This document shows positions 1-12,952 of a DNA stretch of 64,000 nucleotides, piece by piece. Location of the stretch: NCBI RefSeq assembly GCF_035084215.1, contig NC_090347.1, positions 45,818,001 to 45,882,000 of the forward strand, read 5' to 3'. Source of the stretch: Heptranchias perlo. Lineage: Eukaryota. The position numbers and the translations under genes are program-made. The notes below the pieces were generated by a model. That model was not told the DNA's origin. It searched no databases and saw only the letters and a list, made by a program, of their open reading frames with translations. Position 1 is the first letter of the stretch, and each line of letters begins with the position of its first letter.

Positions 1-1057
1 TTAATGCCATAGAGAGCGTACAGTGTAGATTCACCAGGATGATGCCAGGGATGGGAAACTATAGTTATGAGGAGAGACTTGAGAAACTGGGACTATTTCC
101 ACTGGAGCAGAGAAGGGTAAGAGGAGATTTAATCGAGGTTTTAAAATTATGAAGGGTTTTGATAGTGATTGGATAGGCCTGGAGCTGGTGGTGTTTAGAG
201 AGGAACCAGGGACTTTCCAATGGTGGAGGCCCAGACTAGTGGTGCTAGTAGCTAGGGAGGAGACTAGGCCAATGGGTGGCCAGAGGCCAGGCATGGTAAG
301 AAACCAGGCAACTGAAGAAAATACTGTCGAGGCCAGGAGGTTGGGAAAAAAACGGGAGTGAAAAGGTGTGGGGAGGCCTGGACTGAGAACTTGTGGGAAG
401 GCTGAGGGGATTAAAATACTCAGAGTGGGAAGGTGTAGGGAGGCCAGAAAATTTAACCATGGGCCTCAGGGAAAGTGATAAAGAAAAGCACTACAGAAGT
501 GAATGAAGGAATAACAGAGCTAAAGGTCACATGGGAGGAAGCAGACAATCCAAGGTGAGGTAGCCTATTGATAAGATTATTCCAGTTTGGGAAGGACCAG
601 GGGACATGTGTTTAAACTACGCAAGAGTAGGAATAGACTGGATGTTGGGCGGTTCTTCTTTTCCCAGAGAGCAGTGAACCTTTGGAATACATTGCCGGCT
701 GGTGTGGTGGGTGCTGACTCTTTGCCTTCAAGAGAGAGCTGGGGCAGGTATTGCATAATATCGAAGGTAAATGCTTTTACAGATAACACATGGTCAATGT
801 GATCTTCTGGTTTCGATCGTCTGAGGGCATCGGAGAGGAATTTTCCTGAGTATTTGTTTCCCTTATTGGCCCTGGGATTTTTTCTCTTTATTATGACTCT
901 TCCAAGAGATTACATGGCTGTGCGGAGGCGGTGGGGCGGGGGGGGTGGGAGGGAGGGAGGAAGAGTTTAGTCACGATGCTCTGGCCATCATGAGTGTGGG
1001 GCGGGTTTGATGGACCAGCTAGGTCTTTTTCTGCCCGTCATTTTCGTATGTTCGTAT
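1..1057 (+). mobile_element. CR1 LINE 3' fragments (1-165 and about 575-1057)
   Basis: RFTRMMPG..YEERLEKLGLF..RGDLIEV; [23 protein letters not shown]; tail ttcgtatgttcgtat. Confidence 0.75.
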
Positions 1058-2640
1058 ATAAGTTGAAGCCTTGATTTAAAATATCAAAAAGTGTGACACC
1101 TGTGCATGAGAAAATGTGGCAGAAATGTGACAAGAAATGCGCTAAGACGCAAGACTTAATTTTTTAGAGGTTTTTTAAATTTTATTGTTTGATTTAGGCT
1201 GAGAGGTCAACAATGTCTTCATAGAATCATAGAAAGTTACGGCACAGAAGGAGGCCATTCAGCCCAATGTGTCCGTGCCGGCCGGTAAAGAGCTATCCAG
1301 CTGTTTATTGTCAGATAACTCGGCCTAGACCGTGAGGACCTATGATGGCCCTGGATGGTTGAATCACACCAGGTCGTATATTGACACACTCATCCAATGA
1401 GGTGAGCTATGGGCTGGTGGACCTTCATTCCCCCTTCTACATTGGGCAAAATGAAGACATGGAAATGGATAAAACTAAACTTTCATCAGGTACATCTAAA
1501 CCAACCCTGTTACATCAAGCTACCTCAGGGCCATCTCAAGGGCTTATTTGGTATTGGCATCATAATAACTGAGCCGTACAGACCAGAAGGTTCCAGGTAT
1601 GTGCCGAGTTAACTGATCTCGGCCAGGACAGCAGTTGGATGGCTATGATTGGCTCTGTGCCCCTGGACTAGGGAGGGGCAAGATCAGCTAGGGTTCTGGC
1701 CTTTGGTCATTGACCCCTGGAAGGTGAGGCTAGGATTGGGCTGTGACGCTCATGTCCCCGAACTCTTCTTCTCCCTTCCTCCCTCCATCACCCCCCGCCC
1801 CCCCCCCCCCCCCACCAACCACACGCTGGTCAACAAGGCTACTAAGACTTGCATCTTATCTCGGCTCACCCATGAAGAATGGTCACCTGGCTGCTGATCC
1901 TCATAGACCTGTGCCCCAGCGAAACAGGAAAGGGGAGAAAACTACCAGCAAATAAATAATGAGAAGGTTCCCTTTGAATGATATGAAAAATATGTTTTTA
2001 TTGATAGACTTGCAGCAAGTAAAGTGCAAAAGAGTTGCTCAGCAATTCACACTTACTGGAGATGAGAATGTCAGCTTGGCAGCAGAAATTATTCCCGAGA
2101 CATCTTTTTAAGGCCCGTAATCTCTCTTGGGCCACGTTAAGAGTGACCTGCACTAGGGTTCTACTAATCTTTTATATACAGTGGCTTCAGCATGAAGATA
2201 AAATATTACAGCAACCCCTCGCAGCATCCCACACGACATGAGACGATAATCTCTCCGCCACTCAATGATACTTCCCTGACCAATAATCATTTCTTTTAAG
2301 GATAAATTTTGAATCTTTTAATTGTGCTGTTACTGCGGAGAAGAGGATGCTCTGTGTCTGGTAGTGAGGCAGCTAAAGGCTCGTGTGTGCTCATGAATAT
2401 CTGGCTTGGAAGTACCTTTGCCCTTTCTTCAGGATGGTGTTGAGATAGGTAAAAGGGAAGGTAATATTGGAGATAGCTGGAGGCAGGTTTAGTCCATTTT
2501 TATGTTGCAATGTAGATTTTGAACCATCTCAATTGAAGGATTTGCATGAAATAAAAATGGAGGTAATGTATTGGCGTTCTCGGTGTTACCATCTTTGATG
2601 TTACTGCCCTAGCTGCTCACTCAGCTCACCTGTTGTCATA

Positions 2641-2902
2641 TTTTTTTTCAGTTTTGGGATATGGGCGTCGCTGGCAAGGCCAGCATTTTATTGCCCATCC
2701 CTAGTTGCTCTGCAGTCCGTGTGGTGAAGGTCAGGTAAGGAGTTCTCAGATTTTGACCCAGTGACGATGAAGGAACGGCGATATATTTCCAAGTCGGGAT
2801 GGTGTGTGACTTGGAGGGGAACGTGCAGGTGGTGTTGTTCCCATGCACCTGCTGCCCTTGTCCTTCTAGGAGGTGGAGGTCATGGGTTTGGGAGGCGCTG
2901 CT
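2641..2902 (-). mobile_element. 3'-end fragment of the same LINE family
   Basis: Shares gggcgtcgctggcaaggcc...gatgaaggaacggcgatatatttccaagtc with 34370-34660. Confidence 0.85.
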
Positions 2903-3314
2903 AGATGTTTAAAATGGTATATTAAGATCTTTCCTTTTCACTTGGAAGACATAGGATCTATTTAGGGACTTCCTTGCCAGCCCCCCTCGGCTGGATATTC
3001 GAGTCCCAGAACGTGCTGATACACCAACCAAGATTCATCTGCTCTCGGGCGAAGCGGCCCCTCGACCTGTCCCACCTCTTCAGGCAGATTACTACAACCC
3101 AGTCAATGGCCGTTACCATTCAGAGGGGAAATTTCCACTTACAATTAAACAGAGGAGTGAGACTTGGGATCTTTCACTGTGGTTGCTGATTGACCATGGT
3201 GCTATGGATTACATAGGGCAGCGCACACCTTCAGTAGAGCTGCCTCATGTAGTTATAAGGGGTTTCATTGATTGACGGGCCTTGCTTCAGAGTGCGGCAA
3301 AGGGGGAATATCAT

Positions 3315-3547
3315 AGGGGTGATTTTAAACCCCAAGAACGGGTGGGTTGGGGGCGGGTGGGAGTTGGGTTTTTTGGGTCGTAACCGCAAAATTTTCAGAC
3401 TTAGCATTTTGAGTGGGAAGCCTGTACTTTTCCATCCCGACATTAAACCCGGAAATAAAGCCTGGTTGTGGTTGCGACCCAAAAACAACTATTTTCAACT
3501 CCCACCCGCCCCCAACCCACCTATTCTTGGGGTTTAAAATCACCCCT
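3315..3547. mobile_element. MITE with long terminal inverted repeats (Harbinger-like)
   Basis: aggggtgattttaaaccccaagaa..ggtgggttgggggcgggtgggagttg is mirrored at 3496-3547; 3-bp CAT on both flanks. Confidence 0.88.
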
Positions 3548-3820
3548 CATGAGTCACTGGTGATGTCTACCCTGCTCTGCGCTGCAGTAAGACTATCAAC
3601 GACCCACCTCCTACTTGCAGAGTCTCAGCCACAGCGAACTCTGTAGTTCACCAGTCGCCTGCATCCCCCCAGGAGTGAGATTTCTCTGAGTTGGAAGATA
3701 AGAGAAGGGCTAAAAAAAATCCAAATGAAAATTGATTCTAAACTCCAGCCACAAGTTCCACTGGGCAGTCGATTAGATACACAAGGTTAAACTGTGTAAA
3801 ATTTAAAATGCACATTTTAA

Positions 3821-4187
3821 GGGCAGGGTATGTAAAGCTCCCTCTACACTGTCCCATCAAACACTCCCAGGGCAGGTACAGCACGGGTTAGATGCACAGT
3901 AAAGCTCCCTCTACACTGTCCCATCAAATACTCCCAGGGCGGGTACAGCACGGGTTAGATACAGAGTAAAACTCCCTCTACACTGTCCCATCAAATACTC
4001 CCAGGGCGGGTACAGCACGGGTTAGATACAGAGTAAAGCTCCCTCTCTATATGTCCCATCAAACACTCCCAGGGCAGGTACAGCACGGGTTAGATACAGA
4101 GTAAAGCTCCCTCTACACTGTCCCATCAAACACTCCCAGGGCAGGTACAGCACAGGTTAGATGCACAGTAAAGCTCCCTCTACACTG
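3821..4187. repeat. 67-bp minisatellite, about 5.5 units
   Basis: Unit gtaaagctccctctacactgtcccatcaaacactcccagggcaggtacagcacgggttagatacaga starts at 3832, 3899, 3966, 4033, 4101 and 4168. Confidence 0.95.
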
Positions 4188-4420
4188 CCTTGACAATGTT
4201 TCTCAGCCCTAACCTCGAATGCTCTGGTGTGACATTGTTCCATTTCCCAAATCAGCTGTCCTGAGAATTTGAAACTTTGTGCCAGTTAGTACCATATTTG
4301 TGTAATATAAGAACTGGGTTGTCAAGGCCCAAACCCATTTAATGTAGGATCTTTACAGCCAGAAGTGAGCAAACTTACACTCCTGTCAGTCTGGCCTGGA
4401 TTCAGTCTCTTCACTCAGCC
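3821..4420 (-). mobile_element. LF-SINE-like element with a tandemly amplified 3' segment
   Basis: The minus strand reads gaatccaggccag...tggctgt..cctacattaaatgggtttgg..ccagttctta..tggtactaactggcac...ggttagggctgagaaacattgtcaaggcagtgtagagggagct, colinear with the LF-SINE consensus as I recall it. Confidence 0.65.
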
Positions 4421-7334
4421 CGTGGGCTTTTTAAAAATAAATACACTTTTGATTTAAATTGTATAGACTGTGTGCTGTGGAGATCTCAAGATCTTGAGAA
4501 ATTTGCATGGCCTCCCTCTTTTTTTTCTGTTGTCCCACATTGATTTTTTTTTCTTCAGAGTTCATGTAAATTTACAACTACTTGGAGGTTCAGGGGTTGC
4601 TGCTCTGTAGGTGCGTGTGTGTGTTTTTGTATAAGATCTGGGTGCAAGGGTCCAGCGGATTGAAGTCCAATGGACCAGTGAGAAAATGTTAAAGACCATG
4701 ACTGGACAGTGCACCAACTGAAGTAATGCAGCGATGCAGCAGTGCAGCATCTAATGGGCTGGACATCAGGATGGCTAAGTTAGTTTTATGTAGGCTGTGT
4801 GGGTCTGTACCATCGACCCTGCAAAGCCAGGTGTAAAGTTTCAATCCCTGTTCCCGTTAATGGTCAGTTATCGCAGTTGCTGATATTAACTGATCTCAGT
4901 GCTCTCATTTAGGATTTATCCACCAGTGAGGCAATAGCCCTTTCCAAACCACCCGGCCTACAAATTCCAAACAGGACAAACCAGCGAATAAGAAATATCT
5001 GTGTAAATAGGACATGTTGCCTGAGCTGGGGGTTGGGGGCTGTCGGTTGGACACCAATACTGTATATTGCCACTGAATGCTGTGAGCTCCTAATTCAGAA
5101 TGCTTACTGTCATTCCGTTTCTCCTTTTAAGTAAATTCACAGAAGAATGAGACAGAACTTTGTCCGTCTTGGTGTCTGTGTCCTGCCTGTGGGCTTGTTA
5201 ACTAAATTGATAAAATGAAATAATTAATTTATAAACCTGCAGGCTACACTGGGATTGTCTGGTCAGATTACTGGGACTTTAAATTGTTTAAAAGTGCTGA
5301 TCGCAAGGCTCTGTAGGCCCCATATGTCTGGTCTCTCCCGCACAGGATCAGACTCACTGATTTCTCTGAAGGGGAGGGATTGACAGTTCTAGTCATCGTG
5401 CAATCACAAAAACTCTCAGCACAATGTTGGAACCTGGCGAGTGTTTCCTCCCCAGTCTTCTAAAAGTCACCAGGGGTTTGGAGGGTCAAGAGTCAGCCCG
5501 TGCAAACTGGACGGAGGTGGGGCTGGACATTTGAGAACTCCACAATGGGACCCCTGGAGCAGGCACTGTTCACCAACATTTAGACTTGCTGTGAGGTTTT
5601 TGATTAGATCGATGTGAGGGCACTGCAGATCCCAGCCTGCGACAGGCAGTCGCACTAATCTCCAATCTCTGCGGATACTCTCACACGTTCTGGAAACCCC
5701 TATGAGCTCTCCCACTGAGCTGGAGTTCACTTGCTTGTTGAGGGGGTGGTAAATGCTGATCCCCGCCCAGCCACATTATAAATATGTCACTCGGTAAAAT
5801 AACTGAGAAGAAAGTTAAAGAAACACAATGACAGACTTTTCTCGTGATATTTGCACTGATCAGGTCAGGGGACTTTGATGCTGGGAAATGGAACCCAGTG
5901 TTAGCATCAATGCAGAGTAAAACATTCCCATTTCTAACAATGACCAGCCATCCTGTGGCCTGTCTGAGTAACATTGCCAGCTAGGGGCAGTTTTGAACTG
6001 TGGGTCCATGTCTTGTACACTGTCCAAACTCATCTCATACAGAACCTTTCAAGAGAGCAGACAGAGGAGCTTATCAGACTGGGTTGGATTAGAACCCAGG
6101 TGCACAGACACTGCTTCACCTAGAATCCTTCCCTCCCCCATTTGTTCTTAAATCACATAATGGTTCTTTCCACTGTGAAATTTCTCACTTGGGGGTAAAT
6201 ATAATATTGCAATGTTGACGGTGTGTTACTGACACTCAAGTGTAGGCAACTCAAAAACCTTCATATTCTTACCCATTGCATTTTGTACCCTTACAAATGT
6301 CATGGACATAGATTGAATCTAATATCAGTTGGGTACCGGCTAACTAGATGAGACCATGATGTAGAGCACAACTACCATCACACGCAAGTTAAAAACTAGT
6401 GGGTTGCGAATGAGAAAGGAATTGGGGCAAATCTTTTGTCACCCAAAAAGGCCATTGAGTTGCAGAATAAGTTGGCAAGAAGGACATCCTAAGCAAACAG
6501 TATAAAGTAGGTTCAAGAGACAATTGAATGCGTTTGTGCAGAGATGGGATTGAGAACTTAGGTAGCTGGGGCTGAATTTGGAATCAGGAAGGGCCAATGG
6601 GCCCAATGCACCTGTTCCTTTTACCAAAGAGGTACTTTTACAGAGGAGTAGGGCGTAGCATTAACTGGCATGGCGGGGGGTGGAGGAAATCTCCAACAGA
6701 GAATCTAAATCCCAATGTTCTATATGTGTACATAAATATATATGTATATATAGTAGTAATCCTGACAAAAGCCTGTGTACGTCTCCTTGAAGAGATGCTT
6801 CCAGTTAGAAATGTGTTTGCCCCATTTTTTTGTTTGTTAAACTACTCGATATCCTTTGCTGTTTCTAAGTGCTGAGATGTTGGACGTAGATTGAATCTAA
6901 TATCAATGGTTTACACACACTTGGACAGTGAAGAAATATTGCTGCGCTGAAGCTTCAATCCATTATGCGCTTTTCAAAGGTATGAGGAATTTGTAGCTGA
7001 TTCACAATTACCATGGAGGGTGACTGAGAAATTCCTTCCATGTGTGTGGGAAGTGGCTGTGAGGAGTCAACAGTTGGCATGGTCAAACGAGGAGCCAGTC
7101 TCCAGGACGGACATTCTCATCACCTACTGGAAAAACAAAGCTAGTCAGAGAGCTAAGACCTGAAGGAAGAGCCCTGTGGGGCAGCAATTACTCCATATTC
7201 TTCTTGTCACTTTTGCCCTTTCATAGGAACAAGAGTAGGCCATTCAGCCCCTCGAGCCTGTTCCACCATTCAATTAGATCACGGTGATCTGTATCTCAAC
7301 TACATTTCCCTGCCTTTGATCCATATCCCTCGAA

Positions 7335-7780
7335 TCCCTCCAGTCAGGTTTCCAGCCCAGCCACAGCACTGAAACAGCCCTTATCAAAGTGACTGTGACC
7401 ATGGTAAACTATCCCTCCTTTTCCTTCTCGACCTGTCTGCAGCCTTTGACACAGTTGACCACACCATCCTCCTACAACGCCTCTTCTCCGTTGTCCAGCT
7501 GGTTGGGACCGCCCTCAGATGGTTCCATTCCTATCTATCCAGTTGCAGCTAGAGAACCTTCTGCAAAAGCTTCTCTTCCTGCTCCCGCACCGTTACTTCT
7601 GGAGTCCCCAAGGATCTATCCTTGGCCCCCTCCTATTTCTCATCTACATGCTGTCCCTCGGTGACGTCACCCAAAAACACGACCTCAGATTCCACATGTA
7701 CGCTGACGACACCCAGCTCTACCTCACCACCACCATCTCTCTTGACCTCACCACTACCTTTGATTTGTCAGACTGCTTGT
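7335..7780 (+). mobile_element. L2 LINE RT fragment
   Basis: [36 protein letters not shown]. Confidence 0.88.
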
Positions 7781-7840
7781 ACGGTTCAGTTACAAAGCCT
7801 CCATTCCGATGTTGTTGGGCCCGGTCCCTCACGTACCTGC

Positions 7841-7979
7841 TTAGAGTGTGTTCTTTCTGTTGCGCTTCGCGCGTCCTTGGCAAGTCCGGAAGGCAGAGGT
7901 TTCCCGGATCTGCTGACCTCGGTATTGGCTTGGAGAAGCGCAGACTCCATCTGGACGATTCCTGCTGGTGTCCATCCAT
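7841..7979 (-). CDS. CHAD: Chondroadherin coding exon 3 (LRRCT end and basic tail)
   Basis: Acceptor ctacgtacag|A completes the AGA codon from exon 2; [48 protein letters not shown] at 7843-7841; followed by GCAG|gtacgt donor. The spliced CDS is 1074 nt (357 aa). Confidence 0.95.
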
Positions 7980-8739
7980 CTGTACGTAGGGAGCAGTGAA
8001 CAGCAATTCATTATCCATGACTTGTTCTCATACAAGAGGACAGTGGACTAAACAAAAGATGATTAAAGCATGATCGCTGTATCTAATGGACAAGCCGATC
8101 GTAGTGTATGAAGGAGGCTATAGCTGAGAAATAATGGGGCAGCATCATCGTTTAAATCTATGTTCTTTAGCACATGTAATGAGAGAGGTCCTCGTGTGAA
8201 GTAACAGGCTATAGAATTTCAGAAATTAAAGGACAGAAGGAGGCCATTCAGCCCATTGTGCCTGTGCCAGTACTGGCTCTTCAAGTGGAGCGGTCTACTC
8301 TGATCCCAATTCCTCGCCCTTCAAAATATTTACCGAATTTGTTTTAAGTGGTGATATATTTTCTGCTTCAATAGCCCCCTGTGGTAAAACATTCCCTGTT
8401 CTAATAACCCACTGTGCAAAAACATTTCTAACTTCCCTCTTCATTCTTATAGTGATAATACTCAGTCCATTCCCTCATTCCTGATTCACCAACCACTGGG
8501 AACAGTCCTTCACTACTTACCCTCTCAAAACCCTTCAGAATTTTGCAAACCTCTGTTTGATCCCCCCCCCGCCCCCAACCTCTGTTCCACAGAAAATGTT
8601 CAAATTCTTTGAATCTTCATAGCTATCAATCCTGGTATCATTCCAGCAATCTTCGCTCTTCCTGTCTTACAATGGGGTGTCCAGGATTTTATGCTGTACT
8701 CTAACTGTGGCCTAACCAATTTTGTTCCAATTTAACATC

Positions 8740-10060
8740 ACTTCCTTCCTTTTGAATGTTTTCTCGCCTCCCAAATCCGTGCCCACCTTTCCTGCAACTC
8801 CATGTTTCAATCCATCCAATCAGGTTTCCACCCCTGCCACAGTACTGAAATGGCCCTTATCAGTGACAATGATATCCTTTGTGACTGTGACCAGGGTAAA
8901 CTATTCCTCCTCTTCCTTCTCCACCTGTCTGCAGCCTTTGACACGGTTGCCCATACCATCCTTCCCCAATGCCTCTCCTCTGTCGTCCAGCTGGGTGGGA
9001 CTGCACTCGCCTGGTTCCATTCTTATCTATCCAGTCGTAGCCAGAGAATCACCTGCAATGGCTTCTCTTCCCGCTCCCGCTCTGTTATCTCTGGACTCCC
9101 CCACGGATCTATCCTTGGCCCCCTCCTATTTCTCATCTACATGCTGCCCCTTGGCGACATCATCCGAAAACAAGTCAGATTCCACATGTACGCTGACGAC
9201 ACTCAGCTCTACCTCACCACCTCCTCCCTCAACCCCTCCACTGTCTCTGATTTGTCACATTGCTTGTCCAACAGCAAAAAGTTCCTCCAATTAAATATTG
9301 GGAAGACCGAAGCCATTGTCTTGGGTCCCCGCCACAAACTCCGTTCTCCAGCCACCGACCCCACCCCTCTCCCTGGCCACTGTCTGAGGCTGAACCAGAC
9401 CACTCACAATCTTCGTATTCTATTTAACCCTGAGCTGAGCTTCCGACCACATATCTGCTCCATCATCAAGACCGCCTACTTCCACCTCTGTAATATCGCC
9501 CGTTTCCACCCCTGCCTCAGCTCATCTGCTGCTGAAACCCTCATCCATGCCTTTGTTACCTCTAGACTTGACTATTCTAATGCTCTCCTAACTCGCATTG
9601 TCCTGTTCACCCATCACCCATGCTCGCTGACCTACATTGGTTCTCGGTCCGGGAACGCCTCGATTTTAAAATTCTCATCCTTGTTTTCAAATCCCTCCAT
9701 GGCCTCGCCCCTCCCCATAGCTGTAACCTCCTCCAGCTCTACAACCCTCCGAGATCTCTGCGCTCCTCCAATTCTGGCCTCTTGCATATCCTACCGATTT
9801 TCATTGCTCCACCATTGGCGGCCGTGCCTTCAGCTGTCTAGGCCCTGAGCTCTGGAATTCCCTCCCTAAACCTCTCTACCTCTCTCTCATCCTTTAAGAT
9901 GCTCCTTAAAATCTACCTCTTTGACCAAGCTTTTGGTCACCTGTTCTAATATCTCCTTATATGGCTCAGTGTCAAATTTTGATTGAAAATTGCCCCTGTG
10001 AAGTGCCTTGGGATGTTTTACTCCATTAAAGGTTCTATATAAATGCAAGTTGTTGTTGTT
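8740..10060 (+). mobile_element. L2 LINE, 3' 1.3 kb
   Basis: [44 protein letters not shown]; tail aaatgcaag(ttg)n. Confidence 0.92.
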
Positions 10061-10920
10061 TTATATTCAATCCCTCTCCCTTTTTTTTAATAGCCTTTTC
10101 TATCCGCACTCCTACTTTTTAAAGACATCTATGTCTGTACCCCTCTGTTCCTCTGTTTAGGATATATTTTTATTTTATCCTTTCCCTCCAAAATGTACTT
10201 CACCTTTCTCTCGTTCAAACAGCATCTGCAACCCATCCGCCCATTCCACTGACCTCTCTGTGGCCTCCTGCAGTCTCCTGTGTCCTTCTCACAGTTTGCT
10301 ATGCTCCCTAATTTGGTATCTTTAGTAAACTTCAATATCAGTCCTCTTGTGCCTATGTTCAGGTTATTAATAGAAATAGAAATAAACAAACAAACACCAC
10401 TACCCACATCTCATCAACCTCACGGACTTGCTGACCCGTTGCTTTCAATCCCCAGCTCACATTTATCTCCACGTAACTATATTTTCTTTAATATAATGTG
10501 CCTTAATTTTTATAACAAATCTCTTATGAAGCACCTTATCAAATGCCTTCTGAAAATCCAAAGATACAACACCCTCTGTATTCCTCTTTTCTGTACAATC
10601 TTTGATCTCCTTAAGCAATTCTGTTAACTTAGTCAGGTCCCTTACAACTCAATGCTGACTGTTCCTGATTAGCCCACGTCTCACTGTGTTCACTAAATTC
10701 ATCCAATATTATGGACTCTCAAAATTTACCCATGACTGAGATATGAATGACTAACTTATAATCTTTGGCTGATCCCTTCTATACTTTTATATCAGTTTTT
10801 TTTCCCTGCATTACCTATTCCCCACACATTTTTATCATGCGCCTGTTTTTAAAAATGATTTCATGTTTGCTGTAAGCTCTATTTATTCATGGAGCCTTGC
10901 CTTTGGCATACCAAATGTAG

Positions 10921-11360
10921 ACCTGGCTCTGTGGGTAGCACTCTCGTCTCTGAGTCAGGAAGTTGTGGGTTCAAGTTCCACTCCAGAGACTTGATCATAA
11001 AATCCAGGCTGACACTCTCAGTGCAGTACTGAGGGAGTGCTGCACTGTCGGAGGTGCCGTCTTTCGGATGAAACGTTAAACTAAGGCCCCATGTTCCCTC
11101 TCAGGTGGACGTAAAAGATCCCATGGCACTATTTAGAAAAAGAGCAGGGGAATTCTCGCGGTGTCCTGGGCAATGTTTAATCGCTAAACTGACAAAACCA
11201 GAAGAAACTAACTGGCCATTATCTTGTGCTGTTTGTGGGATCTTACTCTGCACAAATTGACTGCTATGTTTGCTTACATAACAACAGTGACTGCACATCA
11301 CAAAAGGACTTCATTGACTGTAAAGCGCTTTGTAATGTCCTGATCACATTAAAAGCTCTA
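10921..11360 (+). mobile_element. tRNA-derived DeuSINE (SacSINE1/AmnSINE1-like)
   Basis: A/B boxes (tggctctgtgg, ggttcaagttcc) and Deu-domain text ctctcaggtggacgtaaaagatcccatggcactattt. Confidence 0.85.
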
Positions 11361-12788
11361 AATTTTAAAAAGCTGACTTTTTTACCCCCCATTGTGTTTT
11401 TGGGTCTTTTTTAAAAAGTTTTTTTGACTTTCGTGATTCAGACTACTTTATCTATGTTCCAGATATCTAGGTGAAGTGTAGTGTGCCCAGCGATTGAACA
11501 GAGAACCCTCTGGTTTTATTCTTGGGTTTTCATGGGATCCTGTAGTCTTCAGAAAGCACCAGAATAAAACTACACTGGACTTTGGTTGGGCTTTAACCAT
11601 CAATCACATTTACTAAACAATAAAAAACAAGTAAATAGTAGCAGTTACATATTCATACAGTGGTTAAGCCAAGCTAGCCCTTTGTGGAGTAAAAAATGAT
11701 ATTTACTAAACACTTCCATGGTGTTTCCTTTCTCTTTTGAATAAACATCTCCCACTGCTAGGTCACTGTCTGATCTAACATTTTTTCCCAACCCATCAAT
11801 TGGGACTCAGTCCCTTTCCATCCCACTGAAATCAGCTTATTTTCCACTTTCTCTTTCACACCTTTTTCCTTTATTTTCAGTGTGAAATAATTAGGTTCTG
11901 GCATTACCTGTCCTGCTTTGTTATCCAAAACCAGATCTAAAGCTGTATCCTTCCTGTTGGATAGGCAACATTCCTCGAGTGCATTTCAAGAACCCCCTCC
12001 CCATTTTGACCTCAAACGTTTCTTCCAGTCTCACGTTAGGGCAACCAAAGTATCCTAAAATTACAACTCTGTTACAGGAAGATGATGATGGGCAGGACAG
12101 GTGTCCTATAAGGATAAAGGTCTGTACCCTGAGGCCTGTACCCTGAGGTGATAGATTTGCAAAGAAAAACACATGCAAAGCCAAAGCTGAGATGGTAGCA
12201 CAACGCAGGAGAGCAGCTGACTGGAAGTGTGGCAATAGCAAGAGAGCTGTGGGAGTTGGCAGAGAAGAGAGTGTGAATGGTGAGCTATTGTCCCAACATT
12301 GAGCGTAGGCCCATTTGATTGAAAATTGGAACATTGGCCATGTAGAAGTTTGGGGACTTGTCTACTTTGTCGCTACAAATTAAGACTTATATAGGGGACA
12401 ATGTGGGAGGAACCAAGGATCAGAAGACATGGAGAGTTCAGGACATGGAGAGTCCGGGACAACCTGGGGGGTCCGGGGCCAACGAGGGGGCCCGGGGCAA
12501 TGAGGTAAGACTTGGATGATGATAAAACAGCAGTATGTAGGGAAACTACAGATCAGATTAAATATGGGCAGGTTAATAACCTGCTCTTTGAGAAAGCTTG
12601 ACAGAGAAAGAAGACATCTAAGACGAAGATTAATTACCACCTGGTCACCCTCAATCCTGGGACTAGGAGTGTGTGGCATAAATGCAGCCTAATGTGTAAA
12701 ATATGGAAATCTGGGTACCGACTTAAAGGACAGTACTATATTAAATAAAGGGAGGAGAGTTTGGAGCTTGACTTGGTGAATACTGTAC

Positions 12789-12952
12789 CTTCGTACTGCA
12801 GCGAGTGAGCAGGAACACTGCCAGGGGTTGTTGGAGAGAGTCATGTTCCTCATTTTGGTCAAGATGAGGCTTTGAGGCAGAGTCTCCAATTTGTTGTCGT
12901 TCAAGTGGAGGGCGGAGAGGGCGGTGACACCATTGAACGCTTCATCTGAAAA
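12789..12952 (-). CDS. CHAD: Chondroadherin coding exon 2, 164 nt
   Basis: Acceptor tgtttag|TTTTCAGAT; translates FSDEAFNGVTALSALHLNDNKLETLPQSLILTKMRNMTLSNNPWQCSCSLAAVR-R; donor AG|gtacag (phase 2). In frame with exon 1 and contains the NPWxCxC start of the LRRCT. Confidence 0.95.

Noticed and set aside
3821-4187. Repeat array as a CRISPR-like locus
   Set aside because: Head-to-tail units with no unique spacers, in a eukaryotic context.
7519-7989. 156-aa plus-strand ORF overlapping CHAD exon 3
   Set aside because: An L2 RT fragment running by chance into the antisense of the exon.
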